Shown piece after piece: positions 18,634 through 28,086 of a stretch of 31,990 bases of DNA (its first letter is position 1; each line of letters begins with the position of its first letter). This DNA comes from Candidatus Cloacimonadota bacterium. Its GTDB lineage: Bacteria; Cloacimonadota; Cloacimonadia; Cloacimonadales; WRIO01. The stretch is taken from contig JAKQQL010000470.1 in the NCBI GenBank assembly GCA_029564175.1, forward strand, positions 1 through 31,990, written 5' to 3'. A program made the position numbers and the translations under genes. Under the pieces are notes generated by a model. It did no database searches. It was given only the letters and a program-made list of their open reading frames with translations, and was not told the origin of the DNA.

Positions 18634-19224
18634 TCAGAATTTTATACTAATGCCATTAGGCGTTACTGTAATTTTTCGATCAACTTCTTTTTGAATATTA
18701 TTGATCCATAAACGGTCGTTATACTGATTTGTGACCAAATAGGTATCATAAACATTATATGCCCATACCAGTATAAACAAGGCTGTTGTTAATGAAGCCT
18801 GTTTATACGAATCATTCGCTTCCTGATAATACTGGTTAATCTGATCAATCTGAGTTGCCTTTTTATACTTGTTGTATCTATCCATTGCTTTCTCATATAA
18901 GAAGAAAGTTGAACCAGCTAATATGATTTCACTACTGAGCAACACCTGACCCCTTAGATAATCTTTGGTATGAAAATGTCCCCATCCAGGAATAATAAGT
19001 GATTTTCCCATATTAAGAGAGATATTTAAACGTTCATTTTCATATTTATTTAATAATGATTTTTTAAAATCAAGATTTTCTCTGTATGCGTATCGGGTAA
19101 CCGGAGTATCCCAGTTGTATTTAAGTGTATCTGCAAAACTGATAATATCAAAATCTGCCTGTGCAAAAAGAGAATAACTTGATATTATTGATAAAAGTAG
19201 TATTATATATTTCTTCATAATCAT
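18634..19224 (-). CDS. DUF5683-like membrane/exported protein
   Basis: KSLIIPGWGHF motif, two hydrophobic segments, VWAYNVYD. Confidence 0.6.
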   Translation of the reverse strand: MIMKKYIILLLSIISSYSLFAQADFDIISFADTLKYNWDTPVTRYAYRENLDFKKSLLNKYENERLNISLNMGKSLIIPGWGHFHTKDYLRGQVLLSSEIILAGSTFFLYEKAMDRYNKYKKATQIDQINQYYQEANDSYKQASLTTALFILVWAYNVYDTYLVTNQYNDRLWINNIQKEVDRKITVTPNGISIKF

Positions 19225-20630
19225 TTCCCAAACAGTTTTTCTGTCAGTTTATTAAGAGGAATCAAAGTCCTGTCTTTCATATTTACCTGCCAGGAGAGAA
19301 AAAAATTCTCATCAGGAGTTATCAGATCATAACGTAACTCCATTTTAAAGCGATTAGCGGCTCCAATTGTTTTCCAGCCAGAATCTTTCAAATCTTTAGC
19401 CCATTTCCTGTTTAAGTCTGCTCTCAAAGAATTGACTCCGGAAACTATAGCTCCTCCACGATATTCATTTAATACCTTCAACGCAAAAGAACGGGGATCT
19501 TTTTCAATCTGTATAATATTCGTCACTTCAAAAATCAGTTTGTTTAATTCATCAGTATTGTCCAGAGAGTAAGCTCTTTTATAATATTCCAGAGCTTCCG
19601 GGTATTTTTTCTTTCTTTCGAGTTGAAGCCCCTCTTCTTTTAACTCCAGAGACCGAGCAATATCTTGTCTTCTTTTTTCTGCACGGGCGATTGCCTGTAT
19701 TGCTTTTGGATATTCTGGGATGATCTGAAACGAACGGTTATAATATACAATCGCTTCATCAATCAGCCTTTTATCCAATAGACTGTTTCCATGACTGATA
19801 AACAAATCGCAGACGTCATTTAATCTTTTTCTAACATATTCATCCTGGGTTTCATCGTATTGAAGCGCTATCCTAAAATACTGTTCAGCTTGAATGTATT
19901 CTTTCATTACAATGTTATTTTCTGCAATTTGAATATAAATTAAAGCGATCTCTTTCGATATATAATTCTGATAACTGCTGGGATATACCTTGATTGCATT
20001 TAAACGATCTATTACAAAACTTAGATCTGTGTCTTTCTGATGTTTCAGATTCACTAATTCATCAATCCATTTTTTTATAAACTGATCAATAATAACCTGA
20101 CTTTTTGACACATATTCAGATTGAGGAAAACGATCATATAAAAAACAATAATCATCCCAAACTACTTTCTCATTCTGATACCATTCATATACAGCACTAA
20201 TTCGCTGATAAATGAACTCGGGAACTCGTGGAGACTGGTACAGATTACTGATAATATAATTATATGTAGCGATAATTCTTGTCTTCTGATCTTTTTCTTT
20301 AAACTCCTGGATCAAATCCGTATAACACTCGATAATCTTCTCATCGGCCTTATCTGAATTGGCCAGATAAAACAAGCGAATTGCCAGATTATAATTTTTT
20401 CTCTCTAATGCTTTAATTCCTAATTGATAGTAGGATTCTGACCTATTTTCTTCTGACAAAGTAATCTCATAACCATTTTTCGACTTTGAAATAATTTTAT
20501 CAAATTCTTCAATTGCCACAGGATAATTCCCTGTTTCATACATACTTTTAGCTGATTCATATTTATTCTGACTACAAGCACTGCTTAGAATAATCAGGCT
20601 AAAAAGAATATATTTTGTTTTCTTGAGCAT
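19221..20630 (-). CDS. TPR-repeat lipoprotein
   Basis: Lipobox LSSAC; TPR-like helices (GNYPVAIEEF, YIQAEQYFRIAL, YPEALEYYKRA); ATG 20630 preferred over TTG 20636. Confidence 0.75.
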   Translation of the reverse strand: MLKKTKYILFSLIILSSACSQNKYESAKSMYETGNYPVAIEEFDKIISKSKNGYEITLSEENRSESYYQLGIKALERKNYNLAIRLFYLANSDKADEKIIECYTDLIQEFKEKDQKTRIIATYNYIISNLYQSPRVPEFIYQRISAVYEWYQNEKVVWDDYCFLYDRFPQSEYVSKSQVIIDQFIKKWIDELVNLKHQKDTDLSFVIDRLNAIKVYPSSYQNYISKEIALIYIQIAENNIVMKEYIQAEQYFRIALQYDETQDEYVRKRLNDVCDLFISHGNSLLDKRLIDEAIVYYNRSFQIIPEYPKAIQAIARAEKRRQDIARSLELKEEGLQLERKKKYPEALEYYKRAYSLDNTDELNKLIFEVTNIIQIEKDPRSFALKVLNEYRGGAIVSGVNSLRADLNRKWAKDLKDSGWKTIGAANRFKMELRYDLITPDENFFLSWQVNMKDRTLIPLNKLTEKLFGK

Positions 20631-21330
20631 AAACAAATTTTGGATTCTCCTTCACTAATTTGTCTGTATTTTCATTGGAACCATGTGTAAGCAGCACTTT
20701 CTGCATTACAAATCTTTCAATCCTTTTGATTTCTTCTATAGATGGATGGATTGCATCAACGATACAGTAATCCACTTCTGAGAGAAGTTGATTTATGGAT
20801 TGACTACTGTTAATATCAGCAGTGTATATAACTGATTTCTGATTTTCTGTTACTTTAAATGAATAGGATTTCATAGTATTCTGATACTGATATTTTTCTA
20901 TAAACTCACCATAAGGTAATAAGTGATCATTTTCACAATATATTACAAAAGGATAATGCTTTTCTAATTCACTTATTAAAAGATATTCAATGTCAAAACT
21001 AAGCCGTTCCTTAAAAGTATAAAACATCCCCATTATTCGTGAAAAATCATATATTCTTTCTGGAATAAATATTTGTAATTTTTTTGTTCTTTTTTGTATA
21101 TAGAGCGTTTGAATCATCATAAATAAACCACTTACATGATCAGGATGAAAATGAGAAATGAGAACAGCATCAATAGTATCCACATCAATATTTTCTATTT
21201 GAATTTTATGAGCAAGACCTTCTCCTGCATCTATGATCAGATGCTTGTCAAACACATTAAAATAAACAGATGATAGGTTCTTACCCCTTTCTGCAATTCC
21301 TGAGGATGAGCCTAATATTTTAAATATCAT
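20599..21330 (-). CDS. MBL-fold metallo-hydrolase (RNase Z-like)
   Basis: ILGSSSG, IIDAGEG, HxHxDH (SHFHPDH), YTAD, LTH. Confidence 0.85.
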   Translation of the reverse strand: MIFKILGSSSGIAERGKNLSSVYFNVFDKHLIIDAGEGLAHKIQIENIDVDTIDAVLISHFHPDHVSGLFMMIQTLYIQKRTKKLQIFIPERIYDFSRIMGMFYTFKERLSFDIEYLLISELEKHYPFVIYCENDHLLPYGEFIEKYQYQNTMKSYSFKVTENQKSVIYTADINSSQSINQLLSEVDYCIVDAIHPSIEEIKRIERFVMQKVLLTHGSNENTDKLVKENPKFVYAQENKIYSF

Positions 21331-21351
21331 TTTAACCGTTTCACTTTATCA

Positions 21352-22440
21352 TTAACCTTGATTTTTAAGTTGATTCTTAGGAATAACGATTGGAATACTA
21401 TCCAGTTTTCTTCCAAAAAATAAAAAGGCTAACACATATAGAATTGTAGAAAAAATTAACACTTCCACGGAATGAAGTTTTAATACAATAATCGCCGTAA
21501 GCACTATTATTGTATTGATGAGATAAACCACTATTGCTGTAATTTTTGTTGAGCCCATAGCTGTACCGATTCGATGAGTGGAATGATCTTTACCTCCCTG
21601 AGATATTCTTCTTCCATCTCTCTTTCTTGTATAACTCACCAGAGATATATCGAAAATTGCATAGCTGAGTATCAACACGGGCAAAATATAATAAAGATTA
21701 TTCTGCATACTGTTTACAGTCATTTTACCAGTCAAAATACCCATGGTTGATAAGAAATAACCAATAAACATACTGCCTGCATCACCCATAAACAATTTGG
21801 CAGGATTAAAATTATGAGGTAAAAATCCAAATACTGAACCGGCAAAGCTTAAAGCCAGTAAGGCTACATAATTATTAAAGTATTGAACTGAGGAAGTTTT
21901 TGTCATGATACTGACAGCATAGAATCCTAAAGCCAGAATACCTGACATACCCGCCAAAATACCATCCATGTTATCTAAAAAGTTAAATGCATTCATTAGA
22001 CCAATCATCCAGAGCATCAAGACAGGCACTGTAATCCACCAGGGACCAAGAAGCCAGAATAAATTATTCGAATATATAAAAATCAGACAGACTATCAATT
22101 GCCAAAACATTTTTACTTTTGGGCTTATAGGTGATTTATCATCGATTAATCCAACTAGCATCACTAAAAAACCTGCACCTAAATAACCGATAAGTCCTAC
22201 ATCAAAGCTTTGATATGCCTGAATACTTGTCTCAAACAATACAACTGCAAAAAAACCAATAAAAACACTCAAGCCTCCCATAAGAGGGACGACTTTTTTG
22301 TGCATCTTTCTGGCACTGGGATTATCAACAAAATTAAGTTTAAAAGCTAATTTTATTATAAATGGAGTTAGATTGTACACTAGCAGAAAGCTAGCAGCAA
22401 AAACAATCAAAAACTCATATATCAGTATATTTCCAACCAT
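21352..22440 (-). CDS. MraY/WecA/TagO family undecaprenyl-phosphate GlcNAc-1-phosphate transferase
   Basis: DNPSARKMH..P.MGG, GLIDD, NAFNFLDNMDG, NFNPAKLFMGDAGS, KDHSTHR; multiple TM helices. Confidence 0.9.
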   Translation of the reverse strand: MVGNILIYEFLIVFAASFLLVYNLTPFIIKLAFKLNFVDNPSARKMHKKVVPLMGGLSVFIGFFAVVLFETSIQAYQSFDVGLIGYLGAGFLVMLVGLIDDKSPISPKVKMFWQLIVCLIFIYSNNLFWLLGPWWITVPVLMLWMIGLMNAFNFLDNMDGILAGMSGILALGFYAVSIMTKTSSVQYFNNYVALLALSFAGSVFGFLPHNFNPAKLFMGDAGSMFIGYFLSTMGILTGKMTVNSMQNNLYYILPVLILSYAIFDISLVSYTRKRDGRRISQGGKDHSTHRIGTAMGSTKITAIVVYLINTIIVLTAIIVLKLHSVEVLIFSTILYVLAFLFFGRKLDSIPIVIPKNQLKNQG

Positions 22441-22882
22441 ACTATTTCCTTTACTCTTCTCTCATGTCTAATTTATTATAAAGCCTCATATTGTCAAAGG
22501 AATTCTGTCTCTCTTTGTTATCTTACAAAATACTTCATTTTTTCAGATTACCTCTTTTTCAAAAATTATCATCATTATGTTTTCTGAAAAGATGTTTTTA
22601 TTTATCTTTTCGACAAAAAGTCTGAAATAATCCTGATATTTTTTACATTTTTAATTGATTATTTGACTTATACTTACATAAGTGTATAGATTTTTTAACA
22701 GATTTTTTTTTAAAATTGATTGACAAGTTTTATCTGAATCCATATTTTTGGCTTTATAATACAGTTTATTATACTTCATGCTTTCACATATATAGTCAGC
22801 AGACTAATTCTGTGAGGGATGTATATAAGATAATTGTAACTTAATAAGTGGGGTTGCTGATATTTTGAAAAAGGGAGGGGAT

Positions 22883-23929
22883 ATGAAACAAAATATTCAA
22901 AGGCATTTATGTAATGTTATCTCTGAAAATGCTAAAGTCGTAAATATTGAAAAAACGAACGAACCTTTTAAGTTTGTAAGATATGGACGCAAACATTTTG
23001 AAAAGTTAGAAGTCAAATATTTAGATCAAGACAAAGAAGGTTCAATATCCTTGATTCTAAAAAAATATCCGACGCTTGATATGCCAATGCTGCTTACAAA
23101 AGATTTTAACTACAGAGAAATTCAGTTCTTTTCTTCAGATATTAAGAAAACTTTTTCCAGATTTTTCGATATTCCAATCTTATTTACCGACAAACGTACA
23201 ATATACATGAAGGATTGTTCCAACGAGCTGAAAAGATTCGGACCTCCTACATTGCCATCCGAAAGTCAAATGAAAAATCTCATTACCCGTATAGCCATAA
23301 AAGATGCAAAATTAACAGGTAATAATTGGGATCATGCCTATCAGTTTTCAGATATGTTTGATTTTATGAACAGGGCATTAAACAAACAGCTCTCTGAAAA
23401 AGAAACAAAGCATTTAAAACAGGAATGGAAATGGTTTTTCTCTGGTTTAGATAAACTTCTGACTCAACTAGGCTCAGTCAGGGAAGAAAAATTGAAGAAT
23501 TTCTATAAACCTGAAAAAGTAAAAAACATCATGAGTAAAGTACCTTTTACCTTGCATCATGGGGATTTTTATTTTGCCAATATTGGTTTCAATGATGACA
23601 ATAAACCCTTGGTAATTGATTGGGAAATGCTATGTTATGCACCAATTGGATATGATTTTGTCATGCTGACGAATGATATTCCCCCTTTACAATTTACTGA
23701 GTTTTATGAAGAATGGTATGTTGAAGCTTATAACAATGCCTGTGACAATCCACTGACAGTAAAACAATTCATCGCCATTGCTGAGCAGATAAAAATTTAT
23801 CAGTTCTTGATTACAAAAACCTTTGAAATGATTCATGATTGTCAAACATGTGATGATCTTGGTAAATACGAAAGTGATGCGAAACTCATCAGTTTTATTG
23901 AAAAACTAGACAGAATTATTAAGAAATAA
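22883..23929 (+). CDS. APH/choline-kinase-like phosphotransferase
   Basis: Brenner motif LHHGDFYFANI and IDWE; ATG 22883 behind GGGAGG. Confidence 0.8.
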   Translation: MKQNIQRHLCNVISENAKVVNIEKTNEPFKFVRYGRKHFEKLEVKYLDQDKEGSISLILKKYPTLDMPMLLTKDFNYREIQFFSSDIKKTFSRFFDIPILFTDKRTIYMKDCSNELKRFGPPTLPSESQMKNLITRIAIKDAKLTGNNWDHAYQFSDMFDFMNRALNKQLSEKETKHLKQEWKWFFSGLDKLLTQLGSVREEKLKNFYKPEKVKNIMSKVPFTLHHGDFYFANIGFNDDNKPLVIDWEMLCYAPIGYDFVMLTNDIPPLQFTEFYEEWYVEAYNNACDNPLTVKQFIAIAEQIKIYQFLITKTFEMIHDCQTCDDLGKYESDAKLISFIEKLDRIIKK

Positions 23930-23958
23930 AAAAAGGCAGGTTAACCTGCCTTTTTTTT
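23928..23958. terminator. Bidirectional rho-independent terminator
   Basis: A7-GGCAGG-TTAA-CCTGCC-T8 between convergent genes. Confidence 0.9.
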
Positions 23959-23966
23959 AAACATCA

Positions 23967-24659
23967 TTACATTTTATATTTTTGTTTGATCTGTTTTTCC
24001 CATTCAGTAGCTTCTTTTTTCATTTTAGCCCCTTTAAGAATTTCCAGATACATGAGATCTACATCTTTTCTTGAGTAAACTTCTTCTTCTTCCTCAATAT
24101 CTTTTCCCTTGTATTTAAATGCATCCTGCATGGTGTTGTAAGCATCTTTGAACTTATCTTGTTTCAGATATACTTCAGCAAGCATCAGATATGCATCATA
24201 ATGCTCTTTTCGGGTTTCAATTGCTTTTAACAATGCTTTTTCTGAATTGATATAATCTTGAACTTTTAAGTAAGCTTCCCCTTTATGTCGCCATGGGCAT
24301 GACCAATTGGGTGTTTTATCATTGATTTTATTATATATTTTGATTGCCTGTTGATACTGTCCCATTTCCAATAAAATATTAGCTGTTTGAAAGGCCTGAC
24401 CTGGTGCCAATGAATCTGCATTCTCAACCATTTTATTCAGGCTTTTATGCAACTGAGCGTAAACAACACTCATTAAATTAGCTTCATCAGCTAAGTCTTT
24501 TGATAACTCACTTTTTACACCATAATATGAAACTGCTTTTAAAAAATTGTTCAGATTTTGATCCTTATAATAATCCATAAGCGGTTTTCTTTCATCAATT
24601 TCGGCAAACAAACTGATTATAGACAAAACCAGTAATACCACAACACATACTTTTTTCAT
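23967..24659 (-). CDS. Exported TPR-repeat protein
   Basis: Signal peptide; TPRs (GQYQQAIKIY, WRHKGEAYL, AYLMLAEVYL); TAGGAG RBS. Confidence 0.8.
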   Translation of the reverse strand: MKKVCVVVLLVLSIISLFAEIDERKPLMDYYKDQNLNNFLKAVSYYGVKSELSKDLADEANLMSVVYAQLHKSLNKMVENADSLAPGQAFQTANILLEMGQYQQAIKIYNKINDKTPNWSCPWRHKGEAYLKVQDYINSEKALLKAIETRKEHYDAYLMLAEVYLKQDKFKDAYNTMQDAFKYKGKDIEEEEEVYSRKDVDLMYLEILKGAKMKKEATEWEKQIKQKYKM

Positions 24660-24698
24660 TTTTTCTCCTAAGTTTCATAATTGTTTGAAATTAATAGA

Positions 24699-24721
24699 AT
24701 GAGGTGCTTAAAGCACCTCAT
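24699..24721 (-). terminator. Hairpin downstream of the NifU gene
   Basis: ATGAGGTGCT-TAA-AGCACCTCAT, perfect 10-bp stem. Confidence 0.55.
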
Positions 24722-24731
24722 ATCATACAAA

Positions 24732-24953
24732 TTATACCTGACGCACTTCTTTAACTTCTTTGATATGTTCTTTTAAAACACGTTCAATTCCGGCTTTAAG
24801 GGTCAATGTTGCCATTGGACAACTTCCACATGCACCTTGTAAACGTACTTCAACGATTCCATCTTCTGTGATATTAATCAGTTCTACATCACCACCATCG
24901 GCTTGTAAAGAAGGTCTTACTTTTTCAAGTATTTCTAAAACTCTTTCTTTCAT
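24732..24953 (-). CDS. NifU-family (Nfu domain) Fe-S cluster carrier
   Basis: [24 protein letters not shown]...TLKAGIE; GGAGG RBS. Confidence 0.95.
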   Translation of the reverse strand: MKERVLEILEKVRPSLQADGGDVELINITEDGIVEVRLQGACGSCPMATLTLKAGIERVLKEHIKEVKEVRQV

Positions 24954-25044
24954 GTTTCCTCCATTTTTTTACCATTATAATAATATCGCATTTTTTGTAA
25001 AGCAAATAAAATCTTCATTTTCCGAAAAATTGTATTGTTTCAAA

Positions 25045-26313
25045 TTATTTCTCTTTGATATCACTTATCACAAAGTAATGTTTATCTGCCAATTTTAAGA
25101 TAAACAGCACAGCTTTTTTATTTCCTTTTTTTAATTTAACCTTATTTCTAAACTGTTCTACTGTTTCTGAAAAACCTCTGGTTTTGATATCCAGTTGAGT
25201 GATGGAATGATTATTAAGAAACTGGTTGAGTTTTCTTAGTGAAAAATCCATTATTTCCTGTACCTGATAGCATTTAACAAATGGACTTTGAACTTTCTGA
25301 TCAGAAGAAAGCAATGCTAAATGAGGGTCTATTTTACTCAGGTTGAGCTCATATGCAAGTGCTTCAATCAAATGAGCTTTTATAATTGCGACATTTGGTT
25401 CATAGAGATATTGCTTTATCACAGATACGTCCGTCTTTATTTTTCCTGAACCTGTAAAAGTTACATTCTCAGTTAACAGAACCGCCTTTTTAAATATATC
25501 CTCTTTAACCAGTTCTTTTGAACAAAATAAAATCTCTTTCAACTCATTATGTTCTGAAACAAATTGTAATTGTCCTTTTTTAAAAAAATCATATTGATCA
25601 TAATTCAGCATTGGTGATAGCTTGATAGCAATACGTGGATATCTGAGATATAATTTTTCAAGAGCAGGTAAATCAGGTGACATATTAAAAGGGTTAATAC
25701 TTCTTCTATCATCGACTCTTCTGTCCGGATCAACGAAAACAGCATCTGCCTCTTCTTGAAACTCTTCAGCTTTGATATTCATGAAAACAATACCCTTGTC
25801 CGAATATAAAGACATGTTATGACTCGCATATCTAAGAATTTCTTCAGATAAATCTACTGCAAAACATTTTTTCTTGTTTTCAGAAAGAAAGAATAAATCC
25901 ATTCCTATACCACAACACAAATCTGCACAAGAATCATAATCACGAAAAAGGCTTCCATGATACTGAGCCAATAAAAAAGAAGAAGCCTGTTGCGCATTTT
26001 TATCAGTTAACAACCACATATCAGCAATTTGCAGTTTATCTTTGTATTTTTTTTGCAAGGTAATGAAAGTGACTAACTCATTTACAGGCAGATCCGGATA
26101 GTGATTTTTTATATTTTTTAACTGATTCATTGAATATCCTGAGGATAAACGAAGCATTGTCTTGATATCTGCTACAGCTTTTGTAAAAAGAGTATTCGAT
26201 ACAATAGTATCAACAGGATAATCATGCAAATCTGCAAAAATGCCTGACGGATTATGTATATCTTTAGCGTTTAAGTATTGTTGTATATAATCGTTGATAT
26301 TTAGATTTTTCAT
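25045..26313 (-). CDS. Class I SAM-dependent methyltransferase with THUMP-like C-terminal domain
   Basis: ADLCCGIGMD, FVDPDRR, IKLSPML, YLYEPNVAIIKA. Confidence 0.85.
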   Translation of the reverse strand: MKNLNINDYIQQYLNAKDIHNPSGIFADLHDYPVDTIVSNTLFTKAVADIKTMLRLSSGYSMNQLKNIKNHYPDLPVNELVTFITLQKKYKDKLQIADMWLLTDKNAQQASSFLLAQYHGSLFRDYDSCADLCCGIGMDLFFLSENKKKCFAVDLSEEILRYASHNMSLYSDKGIVFMNIKAEEFQEEADAVFVDPDRRVDDRRSINPFNMSPDLPALEKLYLRYPRIAIKLSPMLNYDQYDFFKKGQLQFVSEHNELKEILFCSKELVKEDIFKKAVLLTENVTFTGSGKIKTDVSVIKQYLYEPNVAIIKAHLIEALAYELNLSKIDPHLALLSSDQKVQSPFVKCYQVQEIMDFSLRKLNQFLNNHSITQLDIKTRGFSETVEQFRNKVKLKKGNKKAVLFILKLADKHYFVISDIKEK

Positions 26314-26339
26314 AAAAAAAGGGCTGTCCGAAGACAGCC
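26314..26339 (-). terminator. Rho-independent terminator after the CTD-only gene
   Basis: Minus strand GGCTGTC-TTCG-GACAGCC-C-T7. Confidence 0.85.
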
Positions 26340-26357
26340 TGTCTTATAAATATGTGA

Positions 26358-26711
26358 TTATTTTAAAATAATAATTTTTTTAACTGAAGTGAATTTGCTT
26401 TCTGTATTCAGTTCAATTATATATTTTCCTTCGGGTAAACGGGTATTTGTATAGTCAGAACCATCCCAGCCAAAACCATGTTTTCCTTTTCCAAGTTGTC
26501 CGTTAAAAATAGTTCTTAAAACAATTCCTTTTGAATCAGTGATTACTAAGTTAACACTCTGAGCACTGTCTAATGTAAATGTAATTTCAGTATATTCTTT
26601 CATTGGATTTGGATTTGCCTGTAAATCCATCTTATTCTTTGCCTGAGCAAAAGCACATACTGCTACAACTAATGCAAGAATGACTAAAATCATTTTCTTA
26701 AAACTAAACAT
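26358..26711 (-). CDS. Small exported protein consisting only of signal peptide + FlgD-Ig/T9SS-type CTD
   Basis: GGAGG RBS; signal peptide ending AFA; ANPNPM..ITFTL..WDGSD..LPEGKYII..KKIIILK. Confidence 0.85.
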   Translation of the reverse strand: MFSFKKMILVILALVVAVCAFAQAKNKMDLQANPNPMKEYTEITFTLDSAQSVNLVITDSKGIVLRTIFNGQLGKGKHGFGWDGSDYTNTRLPEGKYIIELNTESKFTSVKKIIILK

Positions 26712-26747
26712 ATCGCCTCCAAAATTCTTTTTATCTCTTTATTATAA

Positions 26748-27668
26748 TTAAAGCAAATTATGTTCCAAAAAACATGATTCTGCAATTAATAATCCACCAT
26801 ATATACCGGCACGATTTCCAAAGTGTGCCTTACTAATAAGTGTAGTTTTATAATTACCCATTAATAAGTCAAGTATTTCTTTTCTTAAATATTCAAAATC
26901 ATAAGAATCAATATCGACAACACCGCCACCAATACATACTACAGCGGGATTGAGCACCATAATGGTATTGGCTATACCTAAAGCCAAAAATCGATTTAAC
27001 TCCCTTATTTTTTGATTTAGCGCTACATTTTGCTGTGATTTTTGATACAAATCTGCAATAGTCTCAAACTGAATTTCTGGAAAAGTTTCCGCACAGATGT
27101 CCATAACTGATGTTGCGGAGCTGTATGCTTCCACACAGCCTTTCTTACCACATTTACACTGGCGTCCGTCGAGCTTCACAATACTGTGCCCAATCTCAAG
27201 GGCTGAATAATCCTGACCATGGAAAATACCATTTTCATTAACAAAGCCCGACCCAATACCTGTCCCGATAGTGATTCCTAAAACACTCTGTCCCGGATAT
27301 AAAGAAGCTTCGGCATAAGCCATCAAATTGGCATCATTTTCAATATGAATATTGATTTTATCTCTGGCTTCGATTTCCTTTTTTAGTTCAAGCTTCACAA
27401 GTTCAGGCAGATTAGGTGTTACTCCTGTTACCATACCTTTATTAACATTGACAGTTCCCGGACTTCCCATACCAAAACTGTCTATATCAGGTCTCATTGC
27501 TCTGATTTCCTGAATTGCCTGATGAATCACTTCCAATAAGCAACTGTTATTTGTTGCATCCATTACCTGCAATCTGCCATCATAGATAATTCCATGCCTT
27601 GAATTCCCATAGGCATATTTTAAAAAGCTCCCCCCTAAATCCAGAGCACCATACAATTTGTCAGTCAT
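26748..27668 (-). CDS. ROK family sugar kinase (glucokinase-like)
   Basis: LDLGGS, ENDAN, TIGTGIGSG, EIGH, CKCGKKGCVE; start 27668 (coupled to upstream stop) or 27680. Confidence 0.9.
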   Translation of the reverse strand: MTDKLYGALDLGGSFLKYAYGNSRHGIIYDGRLQVMDATNNSCLLEVIHQAIQEIRAMRPDIDSFGMGSPGTVNVNKGMVTGVTPNLPELVKLELKKEIEARDKINIHIENDANLMAYAEASLYPGQSVLGITIGTGIGSGFVNENGIFHGQDYSALEIGHSIVKLDGRQCKCGKKGCVEAYSSATSVMDICAETFPEIQFETIADLYQKSQQNVALNQKIRELNRFLALGIANTIMVLNPAVVCIGGGVVDIDSYDFEYLRKEILDLLMGNYKTTLISKAHFGNRAGIYGGLLIAESCFLEHNLL

Positions 27669-28086
27669 TTTGGTTTCCATAAATTTTCCACTCCCCATTT
27701 ACTTTTCGAAAATAGCTCATATCCCCTATTTCATCGGGCTCAATCAATATCGTCTGTGTCCCCTGTTTTGAATACTTTGCAATAAAATGTACCACAGCAA
27801 AATCACCGTTTAACACAATATTGATTTCTGACAGTTCCAGATAATTATACTCTATAGATCGGTCATACCAAACATTCGTCTGGTTAAATAAATTCAAGCC
27901 ATTATGATAATAATCCGTATCATAATAAGACATCACTTTATCAATATCGACATCGTTAAATTCATCCCTTACTCGCAACAGAATATCGTTAATTTTACTT
28001 CGGTCAATATCATCTTCGGATAAGTCAGTAGAGCAGGCACTCAGCGTTAACATGACAACAATGAACAGATAGATTAAGCCTTTCAT
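27661..28086 (-). CDS. NTF2/SnoaL-like fold lipoprotein
   Basis: Lipobox LSAC; DIDKVMSYY, GDFAVV, FRKVNGEWKI. Confidence 0.75.
   Translation of the reverse strand: MKGLIYLFIVVMLTLSACSTDLSEDDIDRSKINDILLRVRDEFNDVDIDKVMSYYDTDYYHNGLNLFNQTNVWYDRSIEYNYLELSEINIVLNGDFAVVHFIAKYSKQGTQTILIEPDEIGDMSYFRKVNGEWKIYGNQND

Noticed and set aside
15966..21330. Anti-phage defence system (helicase + MBL nuclease)
   Set aside because: The helicase is a canonical full-length UvrD/PcrA and the context is housekeeping/envelope.
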